DNA of 64,000 nucleotides from Gammaproteobacteria bacterium (GTDB lineage Bacteria; Pseudomonadota; Gammaproteobacteria; S012-40): NCBI GenBank assembly GCA_029883265.1, contig JAOUJM010000001.1, positions 10,511 to 74,510 of the forward strand, read 5' to 3'. Shown piece by piece: positions 15,794 to 22,839 of this stretch (position 1 is its first letter; each line of letters starts with the position of its first letter). The notes under the pieces were generated by a model. It saw only the letters and a program-made list of their open reading frames with translations, ran no database searches and was not told where the DNA came from. The position numbers and the translations under genes were made by a program.

Positions 15794-16264
15794 TCACAAC
15801 AAGCCAAATTTTTCACCCTTACCAATTACTTCAATCGTAACTGAGTAGTCGGACTTTTTTATAGAAACATGTTCTATCAAACCATCAGTTAAATTCTCTA
15901 CACAAAAATCAATTTTTTCCGATTCACTTTTTGGCAAGAAAACCTTATCAGAATACTTTGCCAAATAAGGTAACTTTTTAACTATTGGAATCCTCAATAA
16001 CGGTGTGAGTTCTCTAAATACATCCAGGAATTTGTCGCTATCCAGAGAAGGAGATAAAATTTTCAAAGCTCTTTGAAAACTTCCGATATTTTCGTTTGCC
16101 ACAAAATCATCAAAACTTTTACCGGAAACTATAGCAACCTTTCTAGTGGGTAGGCTTTTACCTTGCCAAATAGTAAGAAACGCTTTAGAAAACTCAATCG
16201 TTCTTAATTTCTCTGGCTCTTCTTTTAAAAAATCTTTTGCCAAATTAATGCTCATATGCGTCAC
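15794..16264 (-). CDS. Putative immunity protein of module O2
   Basis: 156-aa ORF 3 nt after the O2 toxin stop. Confidence 0.6.
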   Translation of the reverse strand: MTHMSINLAKDFLKEEPEKLRTIEFSKAFLTIWQGKSLPTRKVAIVSGKSFDDFVANENIGSFQRALKILSPSLDSDKFLDVFRELTPLLRIPIVKKLPYLAKYSDKVFLPKSESEKIDFCVENLTDGLIEHVSIKKSDYSVTIEVIGKGEKFGLL

Positions 16265-16267
16265 CTT

Positions 16268-16792
16268 CTATTTAAAACCATAGATGGTTTTTATTCTATC
16301 CCATGCATCAAACCGTGTAGCCAGACTACCATTTTCTCCTAATAAAACCCTATTTTCATATATGGTTCCTAGTTCTGGTTTTCCTATGCTGTCTGCAAAC
16401 TTTTGTTCAGCTAGGAATGCTCTCGCCTCAAGATAAGACTTATTAGACATATTTTTCACACCGGAAATATCATCGAAAAAGTGTTGCCCTTCATGTGCAG
16501 TAATTGTAGCAGCTCGTTTTAACCCAGTATTTCCGGTATAAATTAGATCTTGGTTTAACTCAATTTGATTTGTACCAGGAAAATACCGACCATTAAGCCC
16601 ATCTAATTTCGAATAAACAATCTCAACTTTTCCATTTTGAATAGCAGTTGCCAATTTAACTGATCTAGCATCCCCAGTTTCCAATATACGGCTAATCATT
16701 TGAGGAGAAGGCGCTTGATTTCCGTTCGCTAACCTAACTCCATCACCCCCAAACATTACTTTACTTTCTAACTGAAGGTTGTCTGGAACAAC
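16268..16792 (-). CDS. Orphan toxin C-terminal module O2: HExxH zinc-metallopeptidase candidate
   Basis: ORF 16268..16756 extends in frame to VVPDNLQLESKV, preceded by an in-frame TAG. Motif ATITAHEGQHFFDD. Confidence 0.6.
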   Translation of the reverse strand, partial: VVPDNLQLESKVMFGGDGVRLANGNQAPSPQMISRILETGDARSVKLATAIQNGKVEIVYSKLDGLNGRYFPGTNQIELNQDLIYTGNTGLKRAATITAHEGQHFFDDISGVKNMSNKSYLEARAFLAEQKFADSIGKPELGTIYENRVLLGENGSLATRFDAWDRIKTIYGFK

Positions 16793-16814
16793 CTAATCCC
16801 AAACATCAGTCAAG

Positions 16815-17096
16815 CTAACAAACAGACTCTAGATCCTTGATTAAAACCATAACCTGATCCTGATTACATTCAACAAAGAAACTGTCGATAGTAGAAGTTG
16901 TTTGCAAAGTAATAGATTGCTTAGCTTTAAGCTTTTCTGCTAGTTCTTTTGTTACATCTTCACGATTAGAATTAGTTATATGTACCGAACACACATCCTT
17001 ACCATAAACAACCATAGCTTCGTAGGAATCTTTTAAAGACCACCATTCTCGACGATCTAAAACTCCAGCTGCCTGTTCTCTTATTAAATTAGCCAT
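16815..17096 (-). CDS. Putative immunity protein of module O1
   Basis: 93-aa ORF; ATG overlaps the O1 toxin stop. Confidence 0.6.
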   Translation of the reverse strand: MANLIREQAAGVLDRREWWSLKDSYEAMVVYGKDVCSVHITNSNREDVTKELAEKLKAKQSITLQTTSTIDSFFVECNQDQVMVLIKDLESVC

Positions 17097-17563
17097 CAGT
17101 CTACCCTAATATTATCTGTAGAGTTGAATATGCTGCGCTGCCCAGCACTATTCAAGATCAAACTTTGACTTTGTTGCTGCCTAAATATATCCAATACCAT
17201 ACGATCCCCGGGCCAGCCTGATGCATCTAGTTTAATGTCTGTCGTTCCGGGATGAGTATGACCAGACCACTTATAGCCTTTATCAGCCAAACCTTGTAAT
17301 TCAGATTTGGTTAATGGAACACCTCCAGCATTCCCTCTAAACACTAGGCGTTGACTACCATTAGTAAACAAAGCAAACTCATCACCTGTCTTTGCCGTAA
17401 GCGCTGCCAGATCAGTCACGCTTATTTGCTTCTTATGAAGAGTTGTACTTGATAATGTATCTGGTAATTGACCCAAAACCCGTTGTTGACGCTTTGACAA
17501 ATCGCCAAAGCCCCAAGCTATTTCGCTAGGAGAACTAGCTGAAATCGTCTTGTTTGGAACTAC
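17096..17563 (-). CDS. Orphan toxin C-terminal module O1, JAB/MPN-like HxH motif (paralog of O11)
   Basis: ORF 17096..17500 extends in frame to VVPNKTISASSSPSEIAWGFGDLSKRQQ.... Motifs DEFALFT ... WSGHTHPGTTDIKLDASGWPGD. Confidence 0.55.
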   Translation of the reverse strand, partial: VVPNKTISASSPSEIAWGFGDLSKRQQRVLGQLPDTLSSTTLHKKQISVTDLAALTAKTGDEFALFTNGSQRLVFRGNAGGVPLTKSELQGLADKGYKWSGHTHPGTTDIKLDASGWPGDRMVLDIFRQQQSQSLILNSAGQRSIFNSTDNIRVD

Positions 17564-17853
17564 ATACTAAATCCGCTTTTCCAATCACTTTTAGTAGTAG
17601 GATCCGACCTCATTTCTTCTAAGAAGAACTCACACGCTGAGCTTTCATCCTCAAAACACTCTTTGCCAGTCTGCAATCCTCTCTCACTATAATAAACACA
17701 CCACCGGCCATTTTCACAACGCAAGCACAACGCCTCGTCCTTTTGTTCCTCCTCCAATGAGTAAGAGCTAGGATTAAATTTCTCCTCACTCAACTTTCTT
17801 TGAAGATCATCTTTATTCATGCAATATCCCTCATCATTTTGTAACGCGCTCAA
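17560..17853 (-). CDS. Putative immunity protein of the displaced native TNT-like toxin (O0)
   Basis: 97-aa ORF. The likelier start is ATG at 17820, which has a GAGGGA Shine-Dalgarno 6 nt upstream. Its stop is the TAG inside GTAGTTCC of the next junction. Confidence 0.6.
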   Translation of the reverse strand: MSALQNDEGYCMNKDDLQRKLSEEKFNPSSYSLEEEQKDEALCLRCENGRWCVYYSERGLQTGKECFEDESSACEFFLEEMRSDPTTKSDWKSGFSM

Positions 17854-18732
17854 GATATTGGTTTGCTGGATTCAAGAGCTCCTTTACTGATTTTGGCAAC
17901 TCGTATTGGGTACCATATCCAGGCATATCAAAAGCAGGTGCAGCTGGGCCAATGCGTGTATCCGGAATTTCTTGGAGAACGCGATACACATTCAAGTTAC
18001 TCACATCTGTGCCGGGACGAAGGGATAATGTTTCTGGAGTTGTTCCTAAGGGGCTTGCGAATGTACCGCGTTCATTCCCGAGACGGCCTATTAGCTGTCC
18101 AGGTTGCAATGAGCCAATCTCATCAGCACCATAAACAAAACCTTTATTCTTCGGCCAATCCCAGAACACATTTTCTGCACCATACTTGCTGGTCAAATAT
18201 TCATTCCATTGAGCGCCTGAAACTGCTCCAGTCTTGTTTGGAACACGATCACCGCCTTTATATTTTAATATACCGCCAGCAATAAAACCATATGTTAAAC
18301 CACCCAATAGCTCTGGATTCTCCCTGTTCTGCCACAAGTTCCTCAGACTTTGGACCTTTCTATCTGAAAATTCGGTACTAGTAGGAAAACCCAGCTTATC
18401 TAACTTAAAGAAACTATTAAAATTTAAAGAGAGGTCATTAAACTCTTCCCAGATATTTTTTCCTATATCTAGCAAAACCTCTAAAGTCTCATTTGTCAAT
18501 CTGTCACCAAGATCTTTATGAGCATTTAGGGTTCCTTTACTGAATCTCAATGCGTAATCACCCACATCTCCGTTTTGTTTCTGCTGGTTACTCCGGCCCA
18601 AAACAACCCCATTAATCTGATCAAGTTGCTGCATTGCCTCTTCTAAATTTTGTTGACTCTCAGAAACCTCTCCAACCCCCTCCTCCTTACTATGTCCCGC
18701 CAACGTCAATGGTAAATCCACTTCCTGGCCAT
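17834..18732 (-). CDS. Displaced native 3' end of the giant toxin gene (O0): ~165-aa pre-toxin segment, VPNK junction (18233-18244) and TNT-like NAD+ glycohydrolase domain
   Basis: ORF 17834..18817. The first 28 codons are encoded by the IS66 left end. The next 3 (HGQ) span the IR tip and the 8-bp duplication, and native sequence resumes at EVDLPLTLAGHSKEEG. C-terminal GQLIGRLGNERGTFASPLGTTPETLSLRPGTDVSNLNVYRVLQEIPDTRIGPAAPAFDMPGYGTQYELPKSVKELL matches the TNT pattern (R-x-G...G-x-F-x-S-P-x-G-T...Y-x-V...G-x-x-A-P-x-F...G-x-G-x-Q-Y). Confidence 0.75.
18725..18732. repeat. 8-bp target-site duplication, left copy (CTGGCCAT)
   Basis: Identical octamer immediately outside both IRs (18725-18732 and 22840-22847). 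Confidence 0.85.
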
Positions 18733-18755
18733 GTAAGCGTCCTAAACTCCGCACC
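18733..18755. repeat. IS66-type left terminal inverted repeat (element B)
   Basis: GTAAGCGTCCTAAACTCCGCACC versus the complement of 22817-22839, GTAAGCGTCCAAAACTCTGCCCC (first 10 nt identical, ~19/23 overall). Confidence 0.8.
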
Positions 18756-18816
18756 TTCCCAGTCAGTTTAAGATCCGTTAGCCTGCTGCTGTGTAAATTA
18801 CCAACAGGAGCAGGCA

Positions 18817-19173
18817 ATGAACGATCTCACTCAACCGTCCATCAAAAACATTCGCACGGATAAACGCAGCAAAGGCCCTGAGTATTGGCAGGCGCATATG
18901 GATGCGTTAAAGCAAAGTGGTATGACTAAAACCGGTTATTGCATGCATCACGGACTTTCTACGGCGACGTTTTTTAAGTGGGAGAAGAAACTGGCCAAGG
19001 CCTCGGCTTTGTTTGTTCCGGCTAAGTTGGAGACAGTGCCGGTGTATCCAGCCTCATCCAATGATCTGATTCGCATTGATCTGCCCAATGGTTGTGTGAT
19101 TTCCTTGCCAGTGTCGTGTTCACCTACTGAGGGTTTACGTTGGATCGAGACCTTGATGCGTGCTTCATGCTGA
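18817..19173 (+). CDS. tnpA: IS66-family TnpA (orf1)
   Basis: 118 aa, diverged paralog of 6931..7290. TGA overlaps the tnpB ATG (ATGCTGA). Confidence 0.85.
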   Translation: MNDLTQPSIKNIRTDKRSKGPEYWQAHMDALKQSGMTKTGYCMHHGLSTATFFKWEKKLAKASALFVPAKLETVPVYPASSNDLIRIDLPNGCVISLPVSCSPTEGLRWIETLMRASC

Positions 19174-19523
19174 AGCTAGATCGTGAGATTCAGATTTACT
19201 TTGCGATTAATCCGATCAATATGTTAAAAAGCTTTGATGGGTTATCCGCTTTAGTGGTGGATGTGATCGAACAAAACCCCCTATCGGGGCATTTGTTTGT
19301 GTTTCGTAATCGAGCCACTGATAAGATTAAATTGCTGATCTGGGATCGCAATGGTTTTACCATTTATTACAAAAGACTCGAACGTGGTCGCTTTAAGTTT
19401 CCTGAGCTAGATGACTGCACCCACTTGTCTATCACCCGCCAAGAGTTGGATTTGTTATTTGACGGGATTGATTTTACTAAGCTCAAACGATTACCCGCAC
19501 TGCATTACACATCCGTGACTTGA
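19167..19523 (+). CDS. tnpB: IS66-family TnpB (orf2)
   Basis: ORF 19140..19523. ATG at 19167 (MLKLDREIQIYFAINPINML) chosen by alignment with the paralog. Confidence 0.9.
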   Translation: MLKLDREIQIYFAINPINMLKSFDGLSALVVDVIEQNPLSGHLFVFRNRATDKIKLLIWDRNGFTIYYKRLERGRFKFPELDDCTHLSITRQELDLLFDGIDFTKLKRLPALHYTSVT

Positions 19524-19553
19524 TTCTGGATTAACCTGCATTACAATAGCGCC

Positions 19554-21044
19554 ATGCAGGCAAAGTCTCAAACACGCTATTCTTATTCTGAACTCGAAGC
19601 ACTTGTGGTTGAACTTCAAAAAGAAGTGAACCTGCTTCGAGAGAAAAACCGGTTGTTGTTGCATCGACAGTTTGCTGCTAAATCCGAACAGATGACGGAC
19701 GATCAGTTGTCTTTATTTAATGATGATTCGGTAACAGCAGAATCAACTCCTACAAAAATGAAGAACGATAACATCGTCGTACTCGCCTATCATCGCAAAA
19801 AACGGCAACGACTGACGTTTTCTGATGACCTACCTAAACGTAGAGTTGAGATTGATCTGGATGAACACGACAAGACCTGTGATTGTTGCAATACTCAACT
19901 CACGCAAATCGGTGAAGACATTACTCGAAAGATTGAATTTATCCCAGCGAAAGTCCAAGTCGTCGAATACGCTCGATTAAAATATGCGTGTAAATCCTGT
20001 GAAGACACCATTAAACGCCCACCCTTACCGAACTTTATCTTACCAAAAAGTTTCGCCACACCAAGTTTACTCGCGCATTTGATTGTGAGTAAGTTTGGTG
20101 ATGGCTTACCGTTGTATCGCATTCAACAACAACTAGCGCGACAAGGCGTGCATTTACCGCGTTCGACTATGAGCACCTTATTACTCAAAGCAGCTGATTT
20201 GCTCGTACCAATTTATAAATTAATGATCAAGCAAGTATTGTCCGGCCCGCGTATTTGGACGGATGACACGATTCTACCCAAACAAAATGATGATCCAAAT
20301 CGAAAGAAGATTATTCAATCTCGATTATGGGTATATATCGGAGGTCCACTCAAAGATCCACCCTTGGTGATTTTCGATTACACCAGCAATCGATCTTCGA
20401 AATGGCCGAAGGACTTATTAGCCCATTACCAAGGTTATAAGCATGCTGACGGGTATGGTGGATATAAATCGTTGCATGTAACCGGTAGCATTCACTATGT
20501 GGCTTGCTGGAGTCACGCACGGCGAAAGTTTTTTGAGGCTTCACAACTGACCGAACAAAGCGGTAAAGCCAAGACCATGATCAAATACATCAAACAGCTT
20601 TATCGGATTGAAACGGCTTGTGAGAAGTATGGCAACAAAAAACGTAAACGGTTTCGACGAAGATATGCCACACCCATACTCAACACCATTAAAGCCTATG
20701 CCGAGCAACATGCGCCGCTTATTCCACCCAAAACCAGTTTGGGTAAAGCGTTTACCTATTTACTCAATCAATGGCATGGCTTAGTTCGTTATCTCGATGC
20801 CGGTCACCTAACCATCGACAATAACCTGGCAGAACAACACATCCGACCCATCGCCGTTGGAAGAAAAAGTTTTTTGTTTGTCGGCTCCGATCGCGGCGGT
20901 CGTGCGGCTGCGATTTATTATTCGCTGTTGGCGTCGTGTAACAGTTTGGGGGTGAATCCTTATGCGTATTTGGTGGCGGTGTTTGAGCGTTTGCCGGAGT
21001 GTCTAAGTGACCAGGATTTTCAGAAGCTGATGCTTAAACAATAA
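19554..21044 (+). CDS. tnpC: IS66-family DDE transposase TnpC (orf3)
   Basis: 496 aa, close but non-identical paralog of 7665..9185 over most of its length. C-terminal ~25 aa differ. Confidence 0.9.
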   Translation: MQAKSQTRYSYSELEALVVELQKEVNLLREKNRLLLHRQFAAKSEQMTDDQLSLFNDDSVTAESTPTKMKNDNIVVLAYHRKKRQRLTFSDDLPKRRVEIDLDEHDKTCDCCNTQLTQIGEDITRKIEFIPAKVQVVEYARLKYACKSCEDTIKRPPLPNFILPKSFATPSLLAHLIVSKFGDGLPLYRIQQQLARQGVHLPRSTMSTLLLKAADLLVPIYKLMIKQVLSGPRIWTDDTILPKQNDDPNRKKIIQSRLWVYIGGPLKDPPLVIFDYTSNRSSKWPKDLLAHYQGYKHADGYGGYKSLHVTGSIHYVACWSHARRKFFEASQLTEQSGKAKTMIKYIKQLYRIETACEKYGNKKRKRFRRRYATPILNTIKAYAEQHAPLIPPKTSLGKAFTYLLNQWHGLVRYLDAGHLTIDNNLAEQHIRPIAVGRKSFLFVGSDRGGRAAAIYYSLLASCNSLGVNPYAYLVAVFERLPECLSDQDFQKLMLKQ

Positions 21045-21094
21045 GTGAAAATGTAAACCATTATTGTTCACCTATTACCACACGGCCAAACATC

Positions 21095-21823
21095 TCATTT
21101 ACGAGGTTCAGGTATCTCCACACCTCGCTGCTTTAACGCGGCTAAGAGTTTTTCATACCAAATCTGTTGACTGTCGGGAACATTTACCATTACAGCAATT
21201 TGTGCCAATCTCTCTAATTCTACAGTAGTGCCCTTTTCTAAATAAAAAAGCCCTTTATCATAACGTCCCCAGACGGCAACAACGTGATCGGCTATAGTTC
21301 CGCCTTGGTTGTCAACACCATTTAAATCGGCACCATTATCCAGTAAAAAATCAATGCGTTTCCAATTGCGTCCATTAGCTATGCGTTGTAATAATGGCAT
21401 ACCATTCCAGCAAGTGATGTTGGGGTCACCGCCATGGCGTAACAATATTTTTAGATAGTCGATGTCGTCGGCTTGTGCAGCAAGTTCCATAGCTGAAAAT
21501 TCAATATCGGTTTTGTAATTCGGATTCGCACCTAGCTGTAATAGTTTTTCCAAACCTTTTTTGGCTTTCGCAGCAATCAGCCACATTAAGGGTGAGAGGC
21601 CTTCGGATCCGACCGCATTCACATTGGCACCTGCTTTTACTAATCGATCGACTTCGGCAAAATCCTCGTCAATGGCGGCATAGATCAATTGTGAATCCAA
21701 CGGCTTTGAAAACGATTGTTTCGCGGTTAAGCCACCCAGTTTTAATTCACCACAGGCGCTACACATGAAACTCATGCCGAATAAAAGAAATAAGTATTTT
21801 CGGAGTTTTATATTTTGAATCAT
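21095..21823 (-). CDS. Ankyrin-repeat protein with N-terminal signal/lipoprotein-like sequence; putative periplasmic immunity protein for the lipase-type toxin (cargo of element B)
   Basis: 242 aa. Signal MIQNIKLRKYLFLLFGMSFMCSAC. At least 4 ANK repeats (GANVNAVGSEGLSPLMWLI, GANPNYKT, GGDPNITCWNGMPLLQ, GADLNGVDNQGGTIADH). Starts 23 nt after the giant ORF stop with an AAGGTGA SD. Confidence 0.7.
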   Translation of the reverse strand: MIQNIKLRKYLFLLFGMSFMCSACGELKLGGLTAKQSFSKPLDSQLIYAAIDEDFAEVDRLVKAGANVNAVGSEGLSPLMWLIAAKAKKGLEKLLQLGANPNYKTDIEFSAMELAAQADDIDYLKILLRHGGDPNITCWNGMPLLQRIANGRNWKRIDFLLDNGADLNGVDNQGGTIADHVVAVWGRYDKGLFYLEKGTTVELERLAQIAVMVNVPDSQQIWYEKLLAALKQRGVEIPEPRK

Positions 21824-21846
21824 GCTTCACCTTAATTGCAGATCAA

Positions 21847-22839
21847 TTATTTAAACGCGTTGATAAAATATTGCATATCGTGCAAATCCACAGGGTCCAA
21901 ATAACTTTGCCATGGCAAGGGCTGTTTCGCTTCATTTACGGCCGGTACGGCAATACGAGTGCCTGCGGCTTCTGGCATTTGTCCGGGGCCAAAACGATGC
22001 CAGCCAATGTCCCTACCATAAGATACATCATTAAGTGCCATAACAGCCGCGAGTAAATTTTTTGGGACTGTACCCCATTGGTTGAGGACGGAGTCCACCA
22101 CTGGACTAGCCTGGAGTGTGCTCAATATTTCACCCGGCGTATAGAATGCGTAAACATTTTTCTTTAAGTGATTCCGATCCATTCCATAGCGCTCAATTGT
22201 ACCATCACTGAGTCCTGCCGCGTTAAAGGTAACCGCACTGGATTTCAACCTGCCAGCTTGTGCCGAAGCAATGCCGCCACCGAGGGAGTGACCGGTAAAG
22301 GTTAGTGGTGATGAGCCTAACGCTATTTGAAGATCAATTGCAAGATTGATCCCAAATTCATATTGGGTCGAATTGAAATCGGATCCTTGAGCAATACTTG
22401 CTACTGCATCTTTAACCGCTTCATGCCGGCCCAATTTCGTATCCGTTCCTCGATTGGCGAATATAAATTCGCTTGTGCGATAATTAAAATAGAGTGCGCC
22501 TTGGTAGCCACTCTTCTTATCTACAAAATTTTCAGGTTTCATATCCAGGACATCAATAAAATCCCTACCCATGCGGTAAATATCCTCAGTGACTTTCTTT
22601 GGTTCCTTTCCGGTGTATTCTTGATAAACATCGTCAGATACCATAGCGTTTTCATACCAATCAAGGCTTCCACTAAAGTCCAGTCTGATTGGAGCGGCAC
22701 TAGCAAGCTGCGAGTTATATAGCGTTCCGTTTTCATCAACTAGCTGTCCGTTCTTGAATGTGAGTATCGGTTTGGTTTCAACGGCATCGGATGATTGTCT
22801 ATAAGGAATTTTGCCTGGGGCAGAGTTTTGGACGCTTAC
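21847..22839 (-). other. Transposon-encoded C-terminal toxin domain of the giant ORF (aa 6055-6384): alpha/beta-hydrolase lipase/phospholipase-type (GxSxG)
   Basis: VSVQNSAPGKIPYRQ...YQGALYFNYRTSEFIFANRGTD...LTFTGHSLGGGIASAQAG.... Nucleophile elbow GHSLGG preceded by an (A/F)xxRGT strand, as in class-3 lipase-like effectors. Confidence 0.7.

Larger units (their letters stand above)
18733..22839 (+). mobile_element. IS66-family element B (4,107 bp) carrying a lipase-type toxin domain + ankyrin immunity-like gene as cargo; inserted in frame into the giant toxin gene
   Basis: IRL GTAAGCGTCCTAAACTCCGCACC at 18733. Inverted partner ends at 22839. Perfect 8-bp direct repeat CTGGCCAT outside both ends. 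Contains tnpA-tnpB-tnpC, then convergent cargo. Confidence 0.85.

Noticed and set aside
1093-18247. Regularly recurring short repeat suggesting a CRISPR array or an integron cassette array
   Set aside because: The 14-nt motif is translated (VVPNK) and the intervals are 0.4-1.2 kb of protein-coding sequence. No palindromic CRISPR repeat, cas genes, intI or attC-like imperfect palindromes were seen.
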